Origin: Bacteroidota bacterium
GTDB lineage: Bacteria > Bacteroidota > Bacteroidia > Bacteroidales > FEN-979
NCBI GenBank assembly: GCA_026391755.1
Contig: JAPLDN010000344.1
Location: forward strand, 1 to 39,077
DNA: 39,077 nt
Reading direction: 5' to 3'
A program made the position numbers and the translations under genes. Under the pieces are notes generated by a model that worked only from the letters and a program-made list of their open reading frames with translations, was not told the DNA's origin and searched no databases. Shown piece after piece: positions 8,069-16,961 of the stretch (position 1 is the first letter of the stretch; each line of letters opens with the position of its first letter).

Positions 8069-10117
8069 TTATTTTATATCGCCTCCGTTTTGGGTCCCCT
8101 CGTCCGGAGTAACAAAAAACAAAGTACCATCAGGATTTTCTGCCATCAGTATCATTCCCTGGGAGTCGATCCCTTTTAATTTGCGGGGTGCAAGGTTCAC
8201 CAGTATACTCACCCGCCGGCCAATGATCTCTTCGGGTTTGAAATATGCGGCAATGCCCGAAACTACAATACGCTGGTCTATGCCGGTATCGATTTTAAGC
8301 TTAAGAAGTTTATCGGTTTTGGGAACTTTTTCAGCTTCCAGGATGGTTCCGACCCGTATATCCATTTTAGTAAAATCATCATAGACGATCTCCGGTTTCG
8401 CCGGTTTAAGCGAGGTCACAGCCTGGGCTGTTTCATTGGCTGCTTTGGTGTCCATAAGTTTCTGAACCTGTTTTTGAATGATCTCGTCGTCAATTTTATC
8501 AAATAATAAGGCGGGCGGATTTATTTTCTGCCCGGGTACCATCCAGTTACAAAGCAAGGCATCCTTCCAGCAGTAGGATCCCAGGTTAAGCGTTTGCCTG
8601 ATCTTTGCTGCTGAAAAAGGCAGGAAGGGTTCGGCAACGATAGACAATTCGGCACAGATCTGCAGAGAAACGTTAAGAATTGTTGCAACCCTTTCCTTAT
8701 CGGCCGGATACAATTTCCAGGGCTCATTATCGGTAAGGTATTTATTCCCAAGCCTGGCGAGGTTCATCATTTCAGCAAGGGCTTCACGGAAGCGGTAAGC
8801 ATACAGGCTGGTCGCTATCCTGGATGGAAAGAGTTTCATTTCAGCAAAAGCTGCAAGATCAGCAAGGGTAAACTCCCCTGGTTGGGGAACCTTTCCGTCA
8901 AAATATTTATGAGTCAAAACAATGGTTCGGTTGACGAAATTCCCGAGAATGGCAACCAGCTCACTATTGTTCTTGGCCTGGAAATCCTTCCAGGTAAAAT
9001 CATTGTCCTTGGTCTCGGGGGCATTTGAAGTAAGCACATAGCGCAGCACATCCTGTTTGCCGGGGAATTCTTCAAGGTATTCATGAAGCCAGACTGCCCA
9101 ATTCCTGGATGTCGAGATCTTGTCACCTTCAAGATTCAAAAACTCATTGGCCGGCACATTATCGGGGAGGATGTATGTGCCTTCGGCTTTTAGCATGGCC
9201 GGGAAGATAATACAATGGAATACGATATTGTCTTTCCCTATAAAATGCACCAGCTTGGTTTCAGGGTCTTTCCAGTATTTTTCCCAATCGGGCCTCAGTT
9301 CACGGGTGGCTGAAATATACCCGATAGGAGCATCAAACCAAACATACAAAACCTTGCCTTCAGCTCCTTCTACCGGGACTTTCACTCCCCAGTCGAGGTC
9401 ACGGGTCACGGCACGGGGCTGAAGCCCCTGTTCTATCCAGGATTTACACTGCCCGTAAACATTTGTTTTCCAGTCATCCTTATGCCCTTCAAGTATCCAT
9501 TCCCTGAGCCAGGGTTCGTATTTATCGAGGGGTAGGAACCAATGCCTTGTTTCGCGCATCACCGGCTGGTTGCCGCTGAGAACCGATTTCGGGTTGATGA
9601 GGTCGGTGGCATTCAGGGATGAACCGCATTTTTCGCACTGGTCACCATATGCTTTTTCGAACCCGCAGTTCGGACAAGTCCCGGTGATGTACCTGTCGGC
9701 AAGAAAATGGCCGGTGGCTTCGTCGTAATATTGTTGTGAGACCTTTTCGATAAACTGTCCCGCATCATACATTTTTCTGAAGAATGCCGATGCAGTTTCA
9801 TGATGCATGGGATTGGAAGTACGGGAGTAGATATCAAACGAAATACCAAAATCCTCAAATGATTTTTTGATAATTCCATGGTATTTATCCACTATTTGCT
9901 GGGGTGAAACTCCCTGCTGTAAAGCTTTGATTGTGATAGGCACTCCGTGTTCATCTGACCCCCCGATGAAGATCACATCCTCACCGTTCATCCGCAGAAA
10001 ACGGACAAAAATATCGGCAGGAATATAAACCCCGGCCAGGTGGCCAATATGAATCGGCCCGTTGGCGTAAGGAAGCGCAGAAGTTACAGTATAGCGTTTA
10101 TACTCCGGTTTCTCCAT
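8069..10117 (-). CDS. metG: Methionine--tRNA ligase with C-terminal tRNA-binding domain
   Basis: [13 protein letters not shown] (HIGH), two CxxC knuckles, KISTS (KMSKS variant), Trbp111-like C-terminus. Start set at MEKPEY (10117), downstream of the promoter element. Confidence 0.97.
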   Translation of the reverse strand: MEKPEYKRYTVTSALPYANGPIHIGHLAGVYIPADIFVRFLRMNGEDVIFIGGSDEHGVPITIKALQQGVSPQQIVDKYHGIIKKSFEDFGISFDIYSRTSNPMHHETASAFFRKMYDAGQFIEKVSQQYYDEATGHFLADRYITGTCPNCGFEKAYGDQCEKCGSSLNATDLINPKSVLSGNQPVMRETRHWFLPLDKYEPWLREWILEGHKDDWKTNVYGQCKSWIEQGLQPRAVTRDLDWGVKVPVEGAEGKVLYVWFDAPIGYISATRELRPDWEKYWKDPETKLVHFIGKDNIVFHCIIFPAMLKAEGTYILPDNVPANEFLNLEGDKISTSRNWAVWLHEYLEEFPGKQDVLRYVLTSNAPETKDNDFTWKDFQAKNNSELVAILGNFVNRTIVLTHKYFDGKVPQPGEFTLADLAAFAEMKLFPSRIATSLYAYRFREALAEMMNLARLGNKYLTDNEPWKLYPADKERVATILNVSLQICAELSIVAEPFLPFSAAKIRQTLNLGSYCWKDALLCNWMVPGQKINPPALLFDKIDDEIIQKQVQKLMDTKAANETAQAVTSLKPAKPEIVYDDFTKMDIRVGTILEAEKVPKTDKLLKLKIDTGIDQRIVVSGIAAYFKPEEIIGRRVSILVNLAPRKLKGIDSQGMILMAENPDGTLFFVTPDEGTQNGGDIK

Positions 10118-10135
10118 AATCAGTAAAACAAGAAG

Positions 10136-10164
10136 CAAAGATACGAATCAATTTTTTACATTTG
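10136..10164. promoter_or_regulatory. Back-to-back -7 elements for metG (TATCTTTG, minus, 10136-10143) and the LD-carboxypeptidase (TACATTTG, plus, 10157-10164)
   Basis: Two exact TAnnTTTG matches in the short divergent intergenic region. Confidence 0.65.
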
Positions 10165-10169
10165 TGCAT

Positions 10170-11069
10170 ATGATTCAGCCACCATACCTTAAGCGAGGCG
10201 ACAGGATCGCGATTGTAGCCCCGGCCCGGGCGATTTCCTTCGACGAAGTTCATCCGTCTATGAAATTATTCCAGAAATGGGGGCTTGAAGTCATCCTGGG
10301 ATCCTATGTTTTCAACATTGAAAACCAGTTTGCAGGCAGCGATGCCCAGAGGCTGAAGGATTTGCAGACCATGCTCGATGATGCCTCAATAAGGGCTGTT
10401 ATTTGCGCCCGTGGAGGTTACGGCATGGTTAGGATCATCGACAAGCTGGATTTTACCAAGTTCATGAGATATCCGAAGTGGATCGTAGGATACAGTGATA
10501 TGACAGTGCTGCATTCACATATTCACCGTCATTTCGGGATTGAGACACTGCATGCCACCATGCCCCTGAATATGCCGGAGCATCAGCTTGGCAGTACATC
10601 TGTAGAAACGCTCAGGAAGGCTTTGTACGGAGAGGAGATCATCTATTCCAAAAGAATTGGCGCTCTCGATCGCACAGGAGCCGGGGAAGGCATACTTGCC
10701 GGAGGCAATCTCTCGATTTTATACAGTCTTATGGGATCACATTCCCAGATCGACACCAGGGGGAAGATCCTTTTCATTGAAGATGTTGATGAATACCTCT
10801 ACCATATTGACCGCATGATGATGGGCCTGAAGCGAGCCGGGATGCTCAAAGATCTCAAAGGCCTGATCGTTGGAAGCATGCATGAAATGAGAGACAACAC
10901 CATACCCTTTGGCAAAACTTCCAGTCAGATCATTTTCGAGGCAGTTAAAGAATACAAATACCCGGTTTGTTTTGATTTTCCGGCAGGCCACTGTCCTGAA
11001 AATGTGGCTATGATCCTTGGACGCAGGGTGAAGCTGATCGTGGATGAAGAGGTGGAGCTGGGGTTTTAG
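10170..11069 (+). CDS. LD-carboxypeptidase, peptidase family S66 (LdcA/MccF-like)
   Basis: CARGGYG, GYSDMT (catalytic Ser), GGNLS, LFIEDVDE (Glu), FPAGH (His). Start set at ATG 10170. Confidence 0.92.
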   Translation: MIQPPYLKRGDRIAIVAPARAISFDEVHPSMKLFQKWGLEVILGSYVFNIENQFAGSDAQRLKDLQTMLDDASIRAVICARGGYGMVRIIDKLDFTKFMRYPKWIVGYSDMTVLHSHIHRHFGIETLHATMPLNMPEHQLGSTSVETLRKALYGEEIIYSKRIGALDRTGAGEGILAGGNLSILYSLMGSHSQIDTRGKILFIEDVDEYLYHIDRMMMGLKRAGMLKDLKGLIVGSMHEMRDNTIPFGKTSSQIIFEAVKEYKYPVCFDFPAGHCPENVAMILGRRVKLIVDEEVELGF

Positions 11070-11071
11070 CG

Positions 11072-11134
11072 GGATTACTGGATAGCTGGATGACTGGATA
11101 GCTGGATAAGGGATAACGGGATGACTGGTTATAC
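11072..11134. repeat. Degenerate 8-bp tandem array (GGATnnCT-like, about 8 units)
   Basis: ggattact ggatagct ggatgact ggatagct ggataag ggataacg ggatgact ggttatac, starting 2 nt after the S66 stop codon. Confidence 0.85.
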
Positions 11135-11160
11135 GGAATCCAGGCCAAATAATTAAAACA

Positions 11161-11523
11161 ATGTCAAAGTCTTACGATCTCGGTAAAAAAGGCGAAGACC
11201 TTGCAGCAGAATACTTGCTGGCAAAGGGGATTACAATCCTTGCCCGCAATTTTCGTGCCGGAAAAGCCGAGCTCGACATTGTTGCCATCGACAAGGAAAT
11301 ACTTGTAATCGTTGAAGTTAAAACCCGCAACACCCGTTTTTTCGGTGAACCCGAAGAATGGGTAACACCTGCGAAGCAAAAACTCCTGATCAGGGCTGCA
11401 AATGCCTATGTGAAGTTCAGGGCATTTAAAGGCGAGGTAAGGTTTGATATAGTTTCAGTGATTGCGGATGAGCATGGTACTGAAATCCGGCACATCCCCG
11501 ATGCATTTTATCCAACACTCTAA
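11161..11523 (+). CDS. yraN: YraN family (UPF0102) putative endonuclease
   Basis: LGKKGEDLAAEYL, ELDIVA, IVEVKTR, RFDIVSV, HIPDAF. Confidence 0.92.
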   Translation: MSKSYDLGKKGEDLAAEYLLAKGITILARNFRAGKAELDIVAIDKEILVIVEVKTRNTRFFGEPEEWVTPAKQKLLIRAANAYVKFRAFKGEVRFDIVSVIADEHGTEIRHIPDAFYPTL

Positions 11524-11536
11524 AATGTACATCGAA

Positions 11537-11574
11537 CTCATGCCTCATGGCTCATGACTTATGGCTCATCTCAT
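11537..11574. repeat. 7-bp CTCATGN array between convergent yraN and rnhA
   Basis: ctcatgc ctcatgg ctcatga cttatgg ctcat ctcat; the last partial unit contains the rnhA stop codon. Confidence 0.8.
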
Positions 11575-12203
11575 TTCCTCCCGAAATCGGCAGGAATCTC
11601 GCCCCAGTATCCAGTTTCCCATTTCTTCACCGGGTTCTTCCAGGTATTGTTCCTGAGCCAGTTCAGGGCGCGTTCCACAAGATTGAAGAGCTCACGGTTT
11701 TTATCTGAAACCTCCAGTTTGGTATTAACCGCCCTTTTCTTAAGCCAGGCTATGGCAGTTCGGGAATCGGAATAAACGGGCCAGTCTGAATCCCTTTGTT
11801 TAAGGTAAGCCAGGGCGTGGACCACTGCAAGAAATTCGCCTATGTTGACAGTGCCTTCAGGGAATGGACCCACTCTGAACAATTCTGCACCCGAAGCGGT
11901 ATCAACACCACGATATTCCAGTATTCCCGGGTTGCCGCTGCAGGCTGCATCGACGCAAATACTGTCGGCAACTGGTTCACCTACCAGGGGATTACTGCAG
12001 ATGATCTTCTTCGGTACCTGAAGTCCTTTCTCCATATACTTGCGGGGATCGTCGCTGAATGCACTTTTGGCAAGGTCTTTCGTAAGGAACCCTTTGTATT
12101 TTGCCCCGTTAAACCCGGCCACCTGTTCTTTGCATTTATCCCATCCCTCGTAGATCCCGGGTTTCCGGCCGTTCCAGACGACGTAATATTTTGATTTTGC
12201 CAT
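11571..12203 (-). CDS. rnhA: Ribonuclease HI with N-terminal hybrid-binding (viroplasmin-like) domain
   Basis: KYYVVWNGRKPGIY...W, SICVDAACSGNPG, NIGEFLA, YSDS, WGEIPADFGRK. Confidence 0.93.
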   Translation of the reverse strand: MAKSKYYVVWNGRKPGIYEGWDKCKEQVAGFNGAKYKGFLTKDLAKSAFSDDPRKYMEKGLQVPKKIICSNPLVGEPVADSICVDAACSGNPGILEYRGVDTASGAELFRVGPFPEGTVNIGEFLAVVHALAYLKQRDSDWPVYSDSRTAIAWLKKRAVNTKLEVSDKNRELFNLVERALNWLRNNTWKNPVKKWETGYWGEIPADFGRK

Positions 12204-12219
12204 CGTTTCTATATCAGCC

Positions 12220-12239
12220 CAAAAATATGATTAATTTTG
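12220..12239. promoter_or_regulatory. Divergent -7 elements for rnhA (TATTTTTG, minus, 12220-12227) and the flippase (TAATTTTG, plus, 12232-12239)
   Basis: Two exact TAnnTTTG matches only 4 nt apart. Confidence 0.6.
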
Positions 12240-12253
12240 GACACTTACTTGAA

Positions 12254-12319
12254 CAGTGAATAGTGAACAGTGACCAGTTATCAGTCACCAGTCACCAGTC
12301 ACTAGTCACCAGTCACCAG
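12254..12319. repeat. 9 x 7-bp CAGTSAC-type array in the flippase 5' UTR
   Basis: cagtgaa tagtgaa cagtgac cagttat cagtcac cagtcac cagtcac tagtcac cagtcac cag. Confidence 0.92.
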
Positions 12320-12323
12320 GAGA

Positions 12324-13823
12324 ATGTCGTCAATCAAGCGCCTTGCCTCACAAACTGCAGTTTATGGGATCCCTACAATCCTGGGACGATTCCTGCAGTA
12401 CCTCCTGGTCATACTGCTTACAAGGATATTCTCCAAGGCAGAGTACGGTACTATCAGCGTGTTTTATTCCTATGCCTCCTTTCTCATGGTAGTTTTGACC
12501 TATGGGATGGAAACTGCATTTTTCCGTTTCAGCGAAAAAGAAGAGGATAAAGACAGCGTCTTCAGTACCGGAATGATTTCATTACTGCTCACTTCGGCTT
12601 CTTTCATTTTCCTGGCCAGCTTATTTTCCGGAACAATTGCAGGATGGATTGATTATCCCCTGCAGGCAAAATACGTTATCTGGTTTGCCTGGATCCTCGG
12701 TCTCGACGCCCTGGTTGCCATCCCGTTTGCAAGGCTGCGCTCCCAAAATAAAGCTGCAAGGTTTGCGACTTTGAAAATGATCAATATTTTTACAAATATA
12801 GGACTGACCTTGTTCTTCATTGTAGCCTGTCCGTATGCCTGGAAGCATTATCCGTCGGTTCAGGGGGTTTTGGGCCTGGTTTACCGCCCCGACTGGGGAA
12901 TAGAATATGTTTTCATCGCTAACCTTGCAGCCAGCATAATTACCCTTGCTTTACTCCTGCCCATGTTGTTGAACATGAGATGGAAAATGCATAAGGTCTT
13001 ATGGAAACGAATGCTGTTTTATGCTTTTCCCTTACTGTTTGCAGGACTTGCCGGGATGGTGAATGAAACTTTCGACCGCCTCATGCTGAGATATCTCCTT
13101 CCGTATTCGAGGGAGCTCACCGAGGCACAGGTGGGGATTTACAGCGCCTGTTACAAGATATCCATCCTGATCACCTTGTTTGTGCAAGCCTATCGCTTTG
13201 CGGCAGAGCCCTTCTTTTTTGCCCATGCCAGGGAGAAGGATGCCAGGCAAACATACGCCCGCATCATGGATTATTTCATCATCGCAATTTCCACGGTATT
13301 CCTGGTCACCATGCTGTATCTCGACGATATCTTCATCCGCCTTATAGGAAAAGATTTCAGGGAAGGCAAAGCTGTCATCCCCGTTCTGATGCTTGCCAAC
13401 ATCTTTCTCGGGATCTATTACAATCTTTCCATCTGGTATAAGCTTACCGGGAAAACGATCTGGGGTGCCTGGCTTTCTTTGATAGGGGCGGTAATCACCT
13501 TGGTGTTGAACTTCTGGTGGATCCCACTTAGCCCCGACCACCTTATTCACGGGTATATAGGTTCGGCCTGGGCAACATTTATATGCTACGGATCCATGAT
13601 GGTGATCGCTTACCTGCTCGGACAAAAATACTATCCGGTACCTTACAGGATCTGGAAAGCAGCCGGCTATACCGGTTTTGCACTTCTTCTCTATCTGATC
13701 AGCGCTTATCTAAGTATCCAGCATCCAGTATCCCGCATCCTCTTTCATACCGGATTGCTTTTTGTTTTCCTGCTGACGGCTTTCCTAGTCGAAAAGCCTC
13801 GACTTGTCAAGGCTTCCGATTGA
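12324..13823 (+). CDS. Oligosaccharide flippase / polysaccharide biosynthesis protein (Wzx-like, MOP superfamily)
   Basis: Many TM segments; LASQTAVYG, LTYGMETAFFRF, NETFDR, YRFAAEPFFF, YYNLSIWYKLT; position upstream of dut is typical of Bacteroidota. Confidence 0.85.
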   Translation: MSSIKRLASQTAVYGIPTILGRFLQYLLVILLTRIFSKAEYGTISVFYSYASFLMVVLTYGMETAFFRFSEKEEDKDSVFSTGMISLLLTSASFIFLASLFSGTIAGWIDYPLQAKYVIWFAWILGLDALVAIPFARLRSQNKAARFATLKMINIFTNIGLTLFFIVACPYAWKHYPSVQGVLGLVYRPDWGIEYVFIANLAASIITLALLLPMLLNMRWKMHKVLWKRMLFYAFPLLFAGLAGMVNETFDRLMLRYLLPYSRELTEAQVGIYSACYKISILITLFVQAYRFAAEPFFFAHAREKDARQTYARIMDYFIIAISTVFLVTMLYLDDIFIRLIGKDFREGKAVIPVLMLANIFLGIYYNLSIWYKLTGKTIWGAWLSLIGAVITLVLNFWWIPLSPDHLIHGYIGSAWATFICYGSMMVIAYLLGQKYYPVPYRIWKAAGYTGFALLLYLISAYLSIQHPVSRILFHTGLLFVFLLTAFLVEKPRLVKASD

Positions 13824-13832
13824 GATTTTTAT

Positions 13833-13840
13833 TACCTTTG
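13833..13840 (+). promoter_or_regulatory. -7 element (TACCTTTG) upstream of dut
   Basis: Exact TAnnTTTG match 16 nt before the ATG. Confidence 0.65.
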
Positions 13841-13856
13841 CACCTCAAAATTCCCT

Positions 13857-14291
13857 ATGAGAATCAGGATAGTAAACAATTCCCGCCATCCTTTGCCGGC
13901 ATATGAAACCGCTGCTTCGGCGGGCATGGACCTCAGAGCTTTTATTTCCAATGAGATGATTCTGAAACCCCTCGAAAGAGCAATGGTACCTACGGGATTA
14001 TTTATTGAACTCCCGCTGGGATTTGAGGCCCAGGTAAGGCCCCGAAGCGGCCTGGCCATTAAAAAAGGTGTTACGGTACTGAATACCCCGGGCACAATAG
14101 ATGCCGATTACCGGGGTGAGATCAAGGTCATTCTCATTAATTTATCGAATGAGGATTTCATAGTTAAGGACGGGGACAGGATTGCGCAAATGATCATTGC
14201 AGCTCACGAAAAGGCCGAATGGATGCAGGTGGATAAACTGGAAGAAACAAGCAGGGGTGCCGGGGGATTTGGGCATACTGGAGAGAAGTGA
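13857..14291 (+). CDS. dut: dUTP diphosphatase
   Basis: [39 protein letters not shown]. Confidence 0.98.
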   Translation: MRIRIVNNSRHPLPAYETAASAGMDLRAFISNEMILKPLERAMVPTGLFIELPLGFEAQVRPRSGLAIKKGVTVLNTPGTIDADYRGEIKVILINLSNEDFIVKDGDRIAQMIIAAHEKAEWMQVDKLEETSRGAGGFGHTGEK

Positions 14292-14315
14292 CCAGTGACC
14301 AGTCACTAGTCACTT
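14286..14315. repeat. 4 x 7-bp AGTSACY array forming a 14-bp hairpin over the dut stop codon
   Basis: aagtgaccagtgac / gtcactagtcactt are inverted with one mismatch; TGA at 14289-14291 is the dut stop. Confidence 0.85.
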
Positions 14316-14342
14316 AAAACAAAGGGTTGAACTATTAAAGAA

Positions 14343-16124
14343 ATGAAGCTGAAAAAATTTATAATAACATATATTTTTCTCCTGGCCAGCCTCAGCGTTG
14401 TTGCCGGTCCTGTTTTGACAATCCATGGTGAAGAGCCGGATTCAAGCAAGGCAAAACATGGGAAAAAGCATTCAGTCGACAAATCCCTTGTCGAAGTTGA
14501 AAATACAGCCCTCCTTATCGATGCCAAGAAGGAAGCATTGCTGGGGAATACCGATAAAGCTTTACAGCTGTTCACTTCCTATATCCAGCATTACCCCGGC
14601 GATGCCTCAGGTAAATTTGAACTCGCCAGGCTGCTTGCCTCACGGGAAAAATATGATGAAGCATATGACCTTCTGAAAGATGCCATCGGACTGGATCCCC
14701 AAAATAAATACTACCAGATATTTCTTGCCGAAGTATGCCAGCAATGCAAGAAGGAAAAAGAAGCTGTAAGCATTTATGAGAACCTGGTAAAGAAATATCC
14801 GGCGGAACTGGATTATTACTTTGAGCTGGCAGCACTTTATATGAATGTTGGCGAAGAAAAAAAAGCTGCTGAAACATACGACATTATTGAAGAAAAGGCA
14901 GGGGAAAATGAGGAGATATCCCTTCAGAAGGAGAAAATCTATCTTCACCTTGGGAATATTGCAAAAGCTGAATCTGAGTTGCAGAGCCTGATTAACGCTT
15001 TCCCCGATGAACCGCGCTATCTTTCAATGCTCGCCGAGTTCTACATGAGCAACAACCAGCAGGCTAAAGCCCTTGAGCTCTATAAGCGGGTTGCCGAGAA
15101 AGATCCAAACAATCCTTATATCCATATGTCGATGGCCGATTATTACCGTAAGACAGGGAACAAGGATAAAGCGTTTGAAGAACTTAAACTGGGCTTTGCA
15201 AATCCAAACCTTGATGTGGATACCAAAGTGACCATTTTACTCTCTTTTTATACCATCAACCAGATCTACGACCAGCTCAAGGAACAAGCCTTTGAACTGT
15301 CGCGCATCATGATCAGGACGCATCCCGATAATCCGAAAGCCTGGTCGATATACGGTGACTTGCTTTCACAGGATAAAAAGTATGCAGAAGCGAGGGACGC
15401 TTTTTTAAAGGTTATCAATCTTGATTCAAGCAAGTATGTTGTATGGGAAGAACTCCTCCGCCTTGAACTCCAGCTTAGCGAATACCAGTCTTTGTATGAT
15501 CATGGTAAAAAGGCCATAGAACTTTTTCCCGACCAGAGCATTGTGTATCTGTTCACCGGGCTGGGCGCTGTTCAGATGAAGAAATATGAAGATGGAATTA
15601 AAGTCCTGGATTACGGGGTGAGACTGGTGGTAAACAATGATGACCTTATCGCCCAGTTTTACATGTACCTGGGGGATGCCTGGCATTCCCTGAAGAACAC
15701 CGAAGAATCAGATAAAGCGTATGAGAAATCATTAAAAGCAAAGGATAACAATCCTTACGTTCTCAATAACTTCGCATATTACCTTTCAATCAGGGGAACA
15801 GATCTTGAAAGGGCTGAGAAAATGGCTCAAAAAGCCGTTGAACTCGATACGGCAAATTCTTCCTTTGAAGATACTTATGGCTGGGTCCTGTACAAACTGG
15901 GGAAAACAAAAGAGGCTAAAAAATGGATTGGAAAGGCTTTGGAGGATAAAGAAAACGTCAGCAGCGAGGTACTGGAACATTACGGGGATGTGCTGTATAA
16001 GCTTGGAGAACCTGAGAAAGCATTAGAATATTGGAATAAGGCTAAAACGAAGGGAGAAGGATCCGAATTTCTGAATAAAAAAATCAGCGAGAAAAAACTA
16101 ATTGAACATAATGGGAAAGAATAA
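14343..16124 (+). CDS. Exported tetratricopeptide repeat protein
   Basis: N-terminal signal peptide; many TPR-like helices; LNNFAYYL, DTYGWVLYKLG and LEHYGDVLYKLG near the C-terminus. Confidence 0.88.
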   Translation: MKLKKFIITYIFLLASLSVVAGPVLTIHGEEPDSSKAKHGKKHSVDKSLVEVENTALLIDAKKEALLGNTDKALQLFTSYIQHYPGDASGKFELARLLASREKYDEAYDLLKDAIGLDPQNKYYQIFLAEVCQQCKKEKEAVSIYENLVKKYPAELDYYFELAALYMNVGEEKKAAETYDIIEEKAGENEEISLQKEKIYLHLGNIAKAESELQSLINAFPDEPRYLSMLAEFYMSNNQQAKALELYKRVAEKDPNNPYIHMSMADYYRKTGNKDKAFEELKLGFANPNLDVDTKVTILLSFYTINQIYDQLKEQAFELSRIMIRTHPDNPKAWSIYGDLLSQDKKYAEARDAFLKVINLDSSKYVVWEELLRLELQLSEYQSLYDHGKKAIELFPDQSIVYLFTGLGAVQMKKYEDGIKVLDYGVRLVVNNDDLIAQFYMYLGDAWHSLKNTEESDKAYEKSLKAKDNNPYVLNNFAYYLSIRGTDLERAEKMAQKAVELDTANSSFEDTYGWVLYKLGKTKEAKKWIGKALEDKENVSSEVLEHYGDVLYKLGEPEKALEYWNKAKTKGEGSEFLNKKISEKKLIEHNGKE

Positions 16125-16944
16125 AGGGTGTGGGAAAGTATTTTTGTCAGGCTTAACCGCCCTGATCGTTCTGTTTGCTGTATCCTGCAGCCCTGCGAGA
16201 AAGGCAATAAAGGCTCCGATCAGGGAAGAGGGAGCCGATTACCTGTTTAAAAAACTCAAAGAGCATGAGTTGAAATATACTTACTTCATGGGTAAATTCT
16301 CGGCCGAATACAAAAACAAGAAAAAAAGCACCTCATTCAACGGCCAGATCAGGATAAAAAATGACAGCGTGATATGGCTTTCACTGACCCCGGGCCTCGG
16401 CATCGAAGCTATGCGCCTCATCATCACACAGGATTCGGTTAAAATGATAAACAAACTTAACAATACGTTTTTCATAGGAAATTATGAAGCTGTGAACCGA
16501 TTTCTGAACACCAATATTGACTTCGACATACTACAGGCATACCTTCTTGGGAATGACCTCAGGTTTTATGAAGACGGGAAATTCAGGGTCACAATAGAAA
16601 ACAACGCCTATAAGCTTTCCACGGCGGCGAGGATGAAACTAAAGAAATATGTGAGGAACAGCCAGGAGAATGCCAGGGCTTTCATCCAGAATATCTGGCT
16701 TGATTCTGAAACGTTCAAGATCACCGAAGCGGATGTCAAGGAAATATCAAATGAAAAGATCAAACTTGAGGCTAATTACGGGGATTTTGAGAATATCGAC
16801 GGACAGCTGTTCCCCAAAGCCCTTGATGTGACCATCTGGGCGGATAATACAATTAAGGTGAAAGCTTCTTTTTCGAGGATCACCGTAAATGCTCCCTTGC
16901 AGTTCCCCTTTAAGATACCATCAGGATATACACAGGTCAAATAA
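16111..16944 (+). CDS. DUF4292-family lipoprotein
   Basis: Lipobox FAVSC; QIRIKNDSVIWLS, GIEAMRLIIT.DSV, FPFKIPSGY; lies between the TPR and envC genes. Start may be 16102 or 16111. Confidence 0.8.
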   Translation: MGKNKGCGKVFLSGLTALIVLFAVSCSPARKAIKAPIREEGADYLFKKLKEHELKYTYFMGKFSAEYKNKKKSTSFNGQIRIKNDSVIWLSLTPGLGIEAMRLIITQDSVKMINKLNNTFFIGNYEAVNRFLNTNIDFDILQAYLLGNDLRFYEDGKFRVTIENNAYKLSTAARMKLKKYVRNSQENARAFIQNIWLDSETFKITEADVKEISNEKIKLEANYGDFENIDGQLFPKALDVTIWADNTIKVKASFSRITVNAPLQFPFKIPSGYTQVK

Positions 16945-16961
16945 CTACAGCTTCAAAAGGG

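Noticed and set aside
11161-12203. yraN plus RNase H (and the PIN-PhoH gene) as a defence or retro-element module
   Set aside because: These are common housekeeping genes, yraN and rnhA are convergent, and no reverse transcriptase or effector is present.
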